Assembly: GCA_964405655.1 (NCBI GenBank)
Contig: CAYOOO010000006.1
Span: forward strand, 3,671-67,670
DNA length: 64,000 nt
DNA from: an uncultured Gammaproteobacteria bacterium
GTDB taxonomy: Bacteria; Patescibacteriota; Microgenomatia; Daviesbacterales; UBA10151
Direction of reading: 5' to 3'
Positions within the stretch are counted from its first letter, which is position 1; the number at the start of each line of letters is the position of its first letter. The notes beneath the pieces were generated by a model. That model was given only the letters and a program-made list of their open reading frames with translations. It was not told the DNA's origin and ran no database searches. The position numbers and the translations under genes are program-made. Positions 48,792 to 57,751 of this stretch are shown piece after piece.

Positions 48792-49623
48792 TAACCCTTC
48801 TAAGTTTGAGCTTTCTGGGTTGGTCGATTTACATAAAAGACTATCTATTCTAACCGATAAGAATGGACCAATTGGACAGATTAAAAAAATATGGATTGAT
48901 CTGTTTGGATTTACTTTTAAGAAAGGACTAGGGAAGGGGAAAGCGGAAGTCTCCTTTTCTAGAATTCTTCCTACATCGATAAAGGAAAACTTCCTGCTGG
49001 TCAATTTACTAGATAAACAAAGAGAATCAGGGTTAAAAAGGGAATTGGTTAATTTTATCTTCAAATTTAAAGAAATAGCTTTCAACTTTGAGGAATACTC
49101 AAGTTTACTTAAAAAAGATTTAGCTGTTTACGTTGATCAGATACATCCTGAGGCTTTAGTTCTTTATCTAATATGCAAAGGAAAAGGAATTGACGTAGGG
49201 TGTGGCTATAGAAAAACTCATCCAGATGCAATAGGGATAGATTGGATTAAAAAAGGTGCAAAAGGAAAAGTTGGGAACGTTAAGGGGAAGATATCTGTGG
49301 CTGATGTTTGGGCCAGAGGAGATAAACTTAATATGTTTAAATCAAATTCATTGGATTATGTAATATCTCGTCATAATCTTGAACATTATCAGAATCCTCA
49401 AAAAACATTAAAGGAATGGATTAGAGTTTTGAAAAGAGAAGGGTTTTTAGGAGTGGTTGTCCCTAATAGTTATAATCCACAGACATTTGAAAAAACCCAC
49501 TACTTTGATTTTGATTTGAATAATTTAGTTGATATGTTTAAAGAAACTAACCAACTAAAAATCCTTAAATATGGAGAGTGTATTCCTAAATGGAGTTTTT
49601 ATTGCATAGCTAGGAAGATTTAA
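48781..49623 (+). CDS. Methyltransferase-domain protein with an N-terminal extension
   Basis: GIDVGCG, LDYVISRHNLEH, EWIRVLK. The first ~120 residues are unrecognised. Confidence 0.78.
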   Translation: MKINNPSKFELSGLVDLHKRLSILTDKNGPIGQIKKIWIDLFGFTFKKGLGKGKAEVSFSRILPTSIKENFLLVNLLDKQRESGLKRELVNFIFKFKEIAFNFEEYSSLLKKDLAVYVDQIHPEALVLYLICKGKGIDVGCGYRKTHPDAIGIDWIKKGAKGKVGNVKGKISVADVWARGDKLNMFKSNSLDYVISRHNLEHYQNPQKTLKEWIRVLKREGFLGVVVPNSYNPQTFEKTHYFDFDLNNLVDMFKETNQLKILKYGECIPKWSFYCIARKI

Positions 49624-50959
49624 TCTTATTAATTAAGGAAATCAGTTCGTTTAATCTATCTGAATAGAACTTATTATCATAATAAAGATAATTTTTGATT
49701 GCAGCTGAACTAATACCCTTAAGTTTTCGTCTATTAAAATTGTCATTTGCATACTCGTTGAGCATTTTCTTAAATTTTGCTTTTAAGTCTTTTAAATTAT
49801 CAACAAAATACCAACCTGGTACTTGTCTTGCACCTTCAAAATGAGTCCAAAGAGAATGATCTTTTGGTGACATCGGATTGACATCTTCTGAGTTTGCTAA
49901 AATTAGTGAAGGGACGTCATAAATAGCTGCCTCTATTATTAAAGAAGATAGCGGAGAGATTATAAATAAAGCATGATTTAAAAGTCCTGGTAAATAATCG
50001 AGTTCCGGCAGATTCTTGCTGGTGGCAACTTCTTTACCAGCTTCTTTGTTAAAATAATAATCCTTTTCAACTTGTGGATCTAAAATCACATTTTTAAAGT
50101 CAGATTTATTAAAGAAATCATTTCCTTCTCTTTTTTGACGATTTGGGTGGGGACGGTAAATAATTTTGATCTTTAGTTCTGATTCTTCAATAGACTTATC
50201 TAGAATCTTAAGCGGACTGATTTCATCATGAGCTGTTTGAGAACCAGCAAAGACAATGTATTTAAAGGGAAAATGTTTTTGATTAGCTTTTTTAAGGATA
50301 AAATAATCTTCATAGCGAGGACATCCCAATAGAAAGCAATTTTCTGCTTTCATGCCTTGAATGTTTACAGCATGTACTAGACTTTGTGATCCCCAAACAC
50401 CCATAAAGTCAGGTAACTTTAGAAAAACTCCTTTACTGGACAGATTGTCCCAACCATGAATTAAAAAAAGAGATTGAAAGTCAAATTTTTTTGAAAGTAA
50501 TATTAGATCAATTGCAGTTCCTTCGTAACCTGCATAGGGAAAAATAACTAACTCTGGTTTGAATCTTTTAATTATTTTTTCAAGCGAGTTATTTTTTTCA
50601 AATCTTTTAAGTGTAATTGTTTTTATTAAATTAAAAAGAATAGGTTTTGAGAAAAGTGAATAGATAAGTCTTTCTTTGAAGGTATATCTTCCTGATTTAA
50701 TTTTTATATCAAATGTTTTAACAAACTTTCTTTTTGCCCACATTGAAATTTGATTAAAAACAGCAACTAAATTTTTGTTTTTAACACTTCTTTGGTAAAG
50801 AGAGTAAATTTTATCTTTGGAAACTCTTGAGATAAATTGAGTAGCGTTTTCTTCAACGCAGATTTTAAAATCTGGCAATTTAAGTAGACTATTAAAAGCT
50901 CCAGAATTTATGTAGTTTCTGAAAAAATGGTCATCATCAATAAGGCTTAAAATGCGCAT
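49610..50959 (-). CDS. GT-B-like protein (CDP-glycerol glycerophosphotransferase/sialyltransferase-like)
   Basis: HGWDNLSSKG, VWG, G.PRYE, YRPHP, SSLIIEAAIYDVP. Start moved to the ATG at 50959. Confidence 0.6.
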   Translation of the reverse strand: MRILSLIDDDHFFRNYINSGAFNSLLKLPDFKICVEENATQFISRVSKDKIYSLYQRSVKNKNLVAVFNQISMWAKRKFVKTFDIKIKSGRYTFKERLIYSLFSKPILFNLIKTITLKRFEKNNSLEKIIKRFKPELVIFPYAGYEGTAIDLILLSKKFDFQSLFLIHGWDNLSSKGVFLKLPDFMGVWGSQSLVHAVNIQGMKAENCFLLGCPRYEDYFILKKANQKHFPFKYIVFAGSQTAHDEISPLKILDKSIEESELKIKIIYRPHPNRQKREGNDFFNKSDFKNVILDPQVEKDYYFNKEAGKEVATSKNLPELDYLPGLLNHALFIISPLSSLIIEAAIYDVPSLILANSEDVNPMSPKDHSLWTHFEGARQVPGWYFVDNLKDLKAKFKKMLNEYANDNFNRRKLKGISSAAIKNYLYYDNKFYSDRLNELISLINKIKSS

Positions 50960-51027
50960 AGGTTTTGCGGATTTAACTATAGCAGATTTTGTATAAACAC
51001 AAAACAATTAGCTCATATTAAAAACTA

Positions 51028-51055
51028 TTGACAAACATAAAATTTTATATATACT
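51028..51055 (+). promoter_or_regulatory. Putative sigma70 promoter
   Basis: TTGACA-16 nt-TATACT, 11 nt before the ATG at 51067. Confidence 0.6.
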
Positions 51056-51066
51056 GATCAAGACTT

Positions 51067-52284
51067 ATGCCTTTAGCAGAGCAGCTTGTAGTTCATAGAA
51101 GAAACCTCGTAGATTCAAAACCAGATTTATACGTTCCAATTAATCTTTTTGATCCATTCGGTGAAATTTTAGGAGCCAGAGAAGGTAGGAAAAGATTGCT
51201 TTGGGGTTTTAGAGATGCTGGGGCTGCAGCCGCAGGTCTTCCAGTAATACGAGCCTTGCAGCAAGAAGCAGTTGATGTTTTTATCTTAGCAGATGGTCCT
51301 GCTCGTGATGCTTTAGAGAAAGACCCGCTTTATACAGAGACAAGATTGGTAAAGAATTTAGGTTGGACAATAACTGGACTCGGCCAAGATATAAGCATAT
51401 TAGGCCATGCAGTCAAACCTGATGTAGAACAAATTTTAACTGCTCATGCTAAGTATATAGGGATACCTACAGTTTGGTATGAAGATATGCCACCTTTCTT
51501 AGGCTTTTACAAAAGAGGCTTAGCTGCTGAAGGAAATTTATTTATCCCAGAAAGAATCTTTTGTTTCTCAGAAACTTCAGCTCAGCAAGAAATTGGATAC
51601 ATCCCACAGTTTGTTAGAAGAACAGTAGTAGTGGGAAACCCTGCTTTTGACAGATTTGCAGATATTGATGTAACAGGGATTAGACAGCGGACAAGAACTG
51701 GACTAGGGGTTGAGAGTGATGAGACCTGGTTTGTTTGGATGGCGACAAAAACTAGGGCTACTTTTGAATCATGTAGAGATTTTGTTGAAGGCATAAAAGC
51801 TTTGGATTTAGAACACTACCGTTTTAGTGCCAGAATACATCCAGCTGAAGCTAAAGATCCATTAGTCAAGGCAGAATATGATCAACTTCTTAAAACATTA
51901 GGTCGACATGCACTTGAAACAACTGGCTACTCAACAGATGATGTAGGAACTGCAGCAGATATAGTTGGAGGTGATACATCCACTGCTATTTTTGAGGCAA
52001 CACTAAATGATGTTAGAACTGTCACGCTCCTTATTCCTGAGAATATGGTCTTAAGGGATGAATGGGTAGAAGAACTTCCTCCTGATCCAGCAATTGTTTT
52101 AGATGGTACCAGTCCTGTGGTCAGAAGAAGAGATGATGTTAAAGATGTGTTACTTAAAGTGACTTCGGATAGTGAAACACAAGAAATGTTAAGGCAAAAA
52201 AGACAAGTTTGGAGAAAAGTTGTTGGTGGAGCGACTGAAAGATTCAAAGACAGATTGTTAGAAATTGCTTCTTCTAATAGTTAG
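51067..52284 (+). CDS. GT-B-like hypothetical protein
   Basis: DAGAAAA, VVGNPAFD, RIHP.E, ADIVGG.TSTAIFEA and GATER are motifs seen in GT-B transferase/epimerase-like folds. Confidence 0.5.
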   Translation: MPLAEQLVVHRRNLVDSKPDLYVPINLFDPFGEILGAREGRKRLLWGFRDAGAAAAGLPVIRALQQEAVDVFILADGPARDALEKDPLYTETRLVKNLGWTITGLGQDISILGHAVKPDVEQILTAHAKYIGIPTVWYEDMPPFLGFYKRGLAAEGNLFIPERIFCFSETSAQQEIGYIPQFVRRTVVVGNPAFDRFADIDVTGIRQRTRTGLGVESDETWFVWMATKTRATFESCRDFVEGIKALDLEHYRFSARIHPAEAKDPLVKAEYDQLLKTLGRHALETTGYSTDDVGTAADIVGGDTSTAIFEATLNDVRTVTLLIPENMVLRDEWVEELPPDPAIVLDGTSPVVRRRDDVKDVLLKVTSDSETQEMLRQKRQVWRKVVGGATERFKDRLLEIASSNS

Positions 52285-53057
52285 ATTTTGATTAGTTTCT
52301 TCTGCAGTAGTAATTCTGCCAGTAAAATATCATTAAGATTATCTATATCTAGCGCATCATCCTTATCCAGCATGACGTATCTGACCCTTTTGCCTGTTAG
52401 CAATCCCTCTTTCATCAAAACATTATATTTGACTGCTATTACATCAACATGGGCAAAAGCTGGAGGAAAAGATTGTCTGGGTGCATTTGAAGGCTCTTTT
52501 AACCCCGTCACTTCTTTGGGAATAAAAGGTTTTAGCTCGTTCCCATCTATCCTCCAAAGCTTATAAGGATGTTTAGGCGCACTTTTAATAGTTCTTGAGG
52601 AGGTTGCAATTGGGTCATCAATCAGCAGTTGAATGCAAGCATCAATTGATTCAGTTTTACAAAAAGGAGTTGTTGGGGGAAGTCTTAAAATAATATCTGC
52701 TTTCCATCCCTCATTTTCCTCAAGCCATTTGGTCGCATGCTGCAGATATGAGATATCATCAGCACTATCGTCTGAAATTTCCTTGGGTCGTAAAAAAGGC
52801 GCTTCAGCTCCATAAAGTTTGGCTATTTTGGCAAATTCTTCTGAATCAGTAGAAACTATGAGACGGCTGACCAATTTAGATCTTTTAGCAGATTCAATAA
52901 TCCAGGCCATCAAAGGTTTACCAGCTAAAGGATAAATATTTTTATAGGGAATGCTTTTTGAACCAGACCTTGCTCCAACTACACCCAAAACTTTCAACTG
53001 CTTATCTGAAAGAAAACTTTGCTTATCTGAATTAGATTTCATAAAGAAGAATTTCAA
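52281..53057 (-). CDS. neuA: Acylneuraminate cytidylyltransferase (CMP-ulosonate synthetase)
   Basis: ARSGSKSIPYKN, GKPL, VSTDS, PFLRP, PTTPF, PRQ, LDID. Start is either TTG 53057 or ATG 53042. Confidence 0.9.
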   Translation of the reverse strand: MKFFFMKSNSDKQSFLSDKQLKVLGVVGARSGSKSIPYKNIYPLAGKPLMAWIIESAKRSKLVSRLIVSTDSEEFAKIAKLYGAEAPFLRPKEISDDSADDISYLQHATKWLEENEGWKADIILRLPPTTPFCKTESIDACIQLLIDDPIATSSRTIKSAPKHPYKLWRIDGNELKPFIPKEVTGLKEPSNAPRQSFPPAFAHVDVIAVKYNVLMKEGLLTGKRVRYVMLDKDDALDIDNLNDILLAELLLQKKLIKI

Positions 53058-53062
53058 GCCCG

Positions 53063-53112
53063 ATAATACTTAAATAATTATCCTTGTGTCAATAGCTATG
53101 AGATTATATAAT
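53063..53112. promoter_or_regulatory. Overlapping divergent promoter pair
   Basis: Minus strand TTGACA(53092-53087)-18-TATTAT. Plus strand TTGTGT(53084-53089)-17-TATAAT(53107-53112). Confidence 0.6.
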
Positions 53113-53122
53113 TCCCCCAGTT

Positions 53123-54214
53123 ATGAGTTCAGCAGAGTTATTTGGGCCAAACTCACATAGTCAATATAAAGTAGGTTGGGTGGAAATTGATAATTCTGTT
53201 AAAGATGAGGTAACAGCCGTTTTGTTGAATTGTTATCTATTTTCAAATGTTTCTCTAGCTAGTATTAAAGAGGTTGATGCTTGGGAAGTCATAAGCAAAA
53301 ATTATCGAGCACAAGTTATTGATGAAAGTGGTGACCGTAGAGATGTTGTACTGCACAAATTTTTAAGATTAAAAGATCCACAAACGATCAGGATATCCGG
53401 AGAGATAATAACTTTTCTACATAGAGAAGGAATAAAAGTACCGGAAATTGTGCGGACTGAAGGGAAAACGGATAGCTTTACTCAATACCAAGAAAATTGT
53501 TATCGAGTTTTTGAGTTTGTTGAAGGCGATCATTTTCGTGGAACCAAATCGGAACTTAAAGATTTTGCAGGCAACCTAGCTGCTTTTCATAAAACCCTGG
53601 AACATGCACCTTATCAGTCAGAACTTGCCTTAAGGCCAGCAGTTTCAGCAGCATGGGATATAGAAGGTTGGAGAGAATTGTTCGGTAGGGCAAGATCTGG
53701 TGAGAGTCCAATAGCTGGTCTGGTTTTATCGAGTAAAGATTTGATATTGGAGCAAGCCCAATTTATTAGTCAAGGTTTATGTCAACCATTTAATTTTAGA
53801 ACCCAAATAATCAGGGGCGATCTTCACCCTCATGACACAATTTATCAGAAAGGGAAACTTAGAGCTTTAGTGGATTTTGATGATATGAGAGTTGGCGAGT
53901 TAATGAGAGATGTTACTACAGCCTGTCATAGATTTGTTAGACAATTTATAGTTTATCAAGGTAGAGATTGGGAGGAGACTCTGGCTTTGGGTTTGGATCT
54001 TTTTGTCAATGAATATCTAAAAGTTAATTTGATATCAGACGCTGAGATTAGTGCAGGAGCTATCTTTATTGCTGATGAGTTATTAAGGAAGATTTATCGG
54101 GATCTTAATAAATATTATTTAGCAGGACAGACTCAATACTTAAGCGGAGGAGAGTTGGAAAAAAGACTTACGTTGCTTCAAGAATCAAAGATTATTAGTC
54201 AATATTTAAGATAA
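53123..54214 (+). CDS. APH/type II homoserine kinase-fold phosphotransferase
   Basis: VP..V, FEFVEG, LAAFH, QIIRGDLHPHD, LVDFDD. Confidence 0.8.
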   Translation: MSSAELFGPNSHSQYKVGWVEIDNSVKDEVTAVLLNCYLFSNVSLASIKEVDAWEVISKNYRAQVIDESGDRRDVVLHKFLRLKDPQTIRISGEIITFLHREGIKVPEIVRTEGKTDSFTQYQENCYRVFEFVEGDHFRGTKSELKDFAGNLAAFHKTLEHAPYQSELALRPAVSAAWDIEGWRELFGRARSGESPIAGLVLSSKDLILEQAQFISQGLCQPFNFRTQIIRGDLHPHDTIYQKGKLRALVDFDDMRVGELMRDVTTACHRFVRQFIVYQGRDWEETLALGLDLFVNEYLKVNLISDAEISAGAIFIADELLRKIYRDLNKYYLAGQTQYLSGGELEKRLTLLQESKIISQYLR

Positions 54215-54244
54215 TTTTTAAAAATTACTTTAAGTTGCAGAAAT

Positions 54245-55327
54245 TCATTTACTGGTTTTTGCTCTGGTGATATCTTTTACTTCCATGTAATCAATCCTAC
54301 CTTCTCTTATAGCCTTTAATGCTAACTCTTTAAATCTGTTTGACCAACTATCCCTCAAACCATCAACAACACCGTAATATAAGGTAGCATTTCCAACTAC
54401 ATAATCAATCAGCAATACCTGTTCTAACCTTTGAGTTACTGAATCTTCCGGATCATAGATACCGCCAGCTTCATGATAGCCCATGAGAAAAGCTTGCTCA
54501 GCTTGTGAAGCTGCGTCACTATGCTGATAAAATAAGCTTCTTCTTAAATAATAAATGTCCAAAGAGGGTAGCCCTGCCTGACAATGTTCCAAGTCAAAAT
54601 AACCACTAGGCTTACCTGTCTCATCAACAAAAAAGTTCATTGAGTGTAAATCTGTTAATATCAACGAAGCTCTAGTCCTATCTCTTAAATCTCTTGCTAA
54701 AGTTGCTAATTCTCCTCTGATATATCTTTGTAAGTCTTCGGCTTCGGAGTTTTCTAAAACTCCTGTTTGATAAGCTCTTTGTAGTTTTACCTGAGATATC
54801 ATCTGAACTCTGTCTGCAAAATTGGAAATATTGTCGGGATGAACTAAATCAGCAGCCAATACATCTCCAAAACTATCAAAACTTACACCGTGAGCTTTGG
54901 CTAAATCCTTACCTAAAAATCCGAATGATCTTAGGAAACCATCTGTTAAGGGACCATTTTGTTTTAGATAGTCACTAAAGTAACCCCCTGGTAACTGCTC
55001 AACCAGCAAAACTGGATGAGGAGTATCTTCATATAAACCATAAACTCTGGGTGTAGGTAAGCCAGCTTTATTTCTAACTAGCTCCATTAAGTCCTTTTCC
55101 CGCCTTAAAGATAATGGTCCGTTAAACTGAAAATCCCTCCTTAGCCCATCTGCAGAAGAGACTAATTGGGGTTTTTCAAATCTGGCAATCATACTTAATT
55201 CTTGGGGGACTGATGTAGTGACACGAAAGATATTGTGAGATCTCCCTTCAGGAATGAAGGTAGCGGTTGATATTTCATATCCGATAGCATTAAGAGCTTG
55301 GATTGCTTGCTGTTCTGAAAGAGACAT
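54245..55327 (-). CDS. Aminoglycoside-phosphotransferase-fold kinase
   Basis: GLPTPRVY, VEQLPG, LAKAH, LTDLHSMNFF, FDLE. Confidence 0.75.
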   Translation of the reverse strand: MSLSEQQAIQALNAIGYEISTATFIPEGRSHNIFRVTTSVPQELSMIARFEKPQLVSSADGLRRDFQFNGPLSLRREKDLMELVRNKAGLPTPRVYGLYEDTPHPVLLVEQLPGGYFSDYLKQNGPLTDGFLRSFGFLGKDLAKAHGVSFDSFGDVLAADLVHPDNISNFADRVQMISQVKLQRAYQTGVLENSEAEDLQRYIRGELATLARDLRDRTRASLILTDLHSMNFFVDETGKPSGYFDLEHCQAGLPSLDIYYLRRSLFYQHSDAASQAEQAFLMGYHEAGGIYDPEDSVTQRLEQVLLIDYVVGNATLYYGVVDGLRDSWSNRFKELALKAIREGRIDYMEVKDITRAKTSK

Positions 55328-55336
55328 ACGGCACCA

Positions 55337-55365
55337 ATTATATACGTAGGTTGCAAATTAAACAA
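55337..55365 (-). promoter_or_regulatory. Putative sigma70 promoter, near-leaderless
   Basis: Minus strand TTGTTT-17 nt-TATAAT-9 nt-ATG at 55327. Confidence 0.6.
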
Positions 55366-55427
55366 TGAAAGCATGAGCCTTTACAACCTCCAGTCATTCC
55401 AATAAAATACCCTAGAATTGTTGTAAT

Positions 55428-56258
55428 ATGCCAGAGAATTATCTTAGGAAGATATTTAACTTGGAAAAAAGGGTAGCAGTTATAACTGGTGGTTTGGGAA
55501 AATTAGGTAGTCAATATGCCGAGGCTTTGGTTAAAACAGGTGCCAGGGTTGCAGTCTTTGATATTATTGATACTCCAAATGATACTTTGAAAAAACTATC
55601 TAAAAAGTTCCCTATTTTGTTTTTAAAAGTTGATATTACTAAGGAGGAAGAAGTTAAAGAAGCTGTTGATCGAGTTGTTAAAAAGTGGGATGTACCAACA
55701 ATTTTAATAAATAATGCTGGTTGGAAAGCCTCACCTAATGAAAATCAAAAAGCTAGTGTTCCTTTTGAAGATTACCCGATTGATACCTGGGATGAGGTTT
55801 TTAAAATCAACACTACAGCTGCGGTAATTTGCAGCAAGATTATTGGAGGTTTGATGATCAAAAGAAAAAAGAAGGGCTCGATTATTAACATCGCCTCCCA
55901 TTATGCTTTAGTTTCTCCTGACCAAAGAGTCTATCAATATAAAGAGAAACAAGGCAAAGGAAAATTTGTTAAAGATGCTTCTTACTCATCATCAAAAGCA
56001 GCCTTAATTTCCTTAACCAGAGACTTAGCTACTCAATGGGCATCTTTTGGTATCCGGGTTAACTCTTTTTCTCCAGGAGGAGTGTTCAACCCAAAAAGCG
56101 ATAAAGAGTTTTTAAAAGAATATACTTTCAGAACACCACTTGGCAGAATGGCCAGTGTAGATGAATATAACGGAGCAATTATTTTCCTGGCTTCTGATGC
56201 TTCCTCTTATATGACAGGGGCAAATTTGGTAATGGATGGGGGTTGGACTGCATGGTAA
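55428..56258 (+). CDS. Classical SDR oxidoreductase (PtmA/FlmH-like, as in nonulosonate clusters)
   Basis: TGGLGKLG, INNAG, NIAS, SPDQRVY, YSSSK, IRVN.FSPGG, TGANLVMDGGW. Confidence 0.88.
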   Translation: MPENYLRKIFNLEKRVAVITGGLGKLGSQYAEALVKTGARVAVFDIIDTPNDTLKKLSKKFPILFLKVDITKEEEVKEAVDRVVKKWDVPTILINNAGWKASPNENQKASVPFEDYPIDTWDEVFKINTTAAVICSKIIGGLMIKRKKKGSIINIASHYALVSPDQRVYQYKEKQGKGKFVKDASYSSSKAALISLTRDLATQWASFGIRVNSFSPGGVFNPKSDKEFLKEYTFRTPLGRMASVDEYNGAIIFLASDASSYMTGANLVMDGGWTAW

Positions 56259-57733
56259 ACAGTAAAAATAATCCCTACCCTAAAAAAATTCCTCACTGGA
56301 TTTCCAACAAGGAAGTTTTTTCAGAAAATAAAAAATTTATTCCAAAATTTAGTCCTGTAACAGGTAAGAAAATAGCAGAAATAACCAGCGGATCCAAAAA
56401 AGATGTCAAAGAAGCAATTACTTTAGCTCAGCTAACTTACAAATCCTGGATGAATAGTTCAATTATGTTCAGAGCTGAGATAATCAAGAAAGCGACCTTT
56501 TATATAGAAGCAAATAAAGAAGAAATTGCCCAAATTCTCTCATTGGAAACTGGCCGTTCTAAAAAGGATGCATTAGGAGAAGTTAGATCTGCAGTTGAAT
56601 ATGGTCTTTACTGGAGTAGTGAGGCAAAGAGATTTTTCGGCGTAACAACTACCAGTTCTAACCCTAATAGGTCAGCCTATATGGTCCGCTCTCCAGTTGG
56701 AGTTTGTGCATTAATTACTCCTTTTAATGGTCCTTTCTCAGGGATGGTTAAAAAAATTTATCCTGCTTTGCTTTGTGGAAATACTGTAATTTTAAAATCT
56801 CATGAGCTAACCCCTTTTACCGCTATCTGGCTGGCAAAAGTTTTAAAGGAGGTGGGGCTAGAAGAAAATATCTTCCAAGTTATCCAAGGGTTAGGTAGTG
56901 AAGCAGGGGCAGCAATTATTGAAGATGACAGAATTGGTCTTATTAGTTTTACTGGGTCAGTAAACACAGGTAGGTACTTACTCAAAGTCGCTGCAGATCG
57001 GATAGGTAAGGTCTGTTTGGAGCTTGGGGGAAAAAACCCACTGGTAGTTTGCGATGATGCAGATTTGGAACATGCAGCTAAGACGACAGTGGCTTCTGCT
57101 TTTATTGAGGCAGGTCAAAGATGCGCTGCAGCCAGCAGAGTTATTATTTTTGATTCTGTATATGAACAGTTTAAAAAACTCTTAATAGAGGAAACATCAA
57201 AACTCAAGATAGGTTCTACAGATGAAGATAAAATTTGTCCTTTAATAAGTCAAAAGAGACTTGACGAGGTACTCGCTATCACTAATCGGGCGGTCAGACA
57301 AGGAGCTAAGGTTTTAATTGGAGGAAAAAGACTTACTGACCCAATTCATAAAGCTGGATATTACATGGAACCAACTATTTTAGAAAGTGTTTCTGCCAAA
57401 GATGAAATCTCTCGGAAAGAAGTTTTTGGCCCGGTTGTTTGTTTATATCAGGTTAAAGATTTTGATCAAGCTGTTGAACTGGCTAATGATTGCGATTTTG
57501 GTTTAACTAGCGCAATTCACACGCAAAGTTTAGATAGAGCCCATGTTTTTACAAAACTTTCTGAAGCTGGAGTGGTTAGGGTTAATGGACCAACTCACGG
57601 CAGTGAAAATCATATGCCTTTTGGCGGAGTCAAACTTTCTGGAAATGGTTTCAGAGAGCCTGGTACAAATGCACTAGATATTTATTCAGAATGGAAGTTT
57701 ATTACTATTGACTACAATCCGAATAAACTGTAG
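56252..57733 (+). CDS. NAD(P)-dependent aldehyde dehydrogenase
   Basis: ITPFN, SFTGS, LELGGKNP (catalytic Glu), AGQRC (catalytic Cys), EVFGPV, PFGGVK.SG. Confidence 0.93.
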   Translation: MVNSKNNPYPKKIPHWISNKEVFSENKKFIPKFSPVTGKKIAEITSGSKKDVKEAITLAQLTYKSWMNSSIMFRAEIIKKATFYIEANKEEIAQILSLETGRSKKDALGEVRSAVEYGLYWSSEAKRFFGVTTTSSNPNRSAYMVRSPVGVCALITPFNGPFSGMVKKIYPALLCGNTVILKSHELTPFTAIWLAKVLKEVGLEENIFQVIQGLGSEAGAAIIEDDRIGLISFTGSVNTGRYLLKVAADRIGKVCLELGGKNPLVVCDDADLEHAAKTTVASAFIEAGQRCAAASRVIIFDSVYEQFKKLLIEETSKLKIGSTDEDKICPLISQKRLDEVLAITNRAVRQGAKVLIGGKRLTDPIHKAGYYMEPTILESVSAKDEISRKEVFGPVVCLYQVKDFDQAVELANDCDFGLTSAIHTQSLDRAHVFTKLSEAGVVRVNGPTHGSENHMPFGGVKLSGNGFREPGTNALDIYSEWKFITIDYNPNKL

Positions 57734-57751
57734 TATCTAAAAATTGTAACT

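Noticed and set aside
54212-54227. 16-bp AT-only palindrome between convergent kinases as a terminator
   Set aside because: It contains no GC pairs and is expected by chance in AT-rich DNA.
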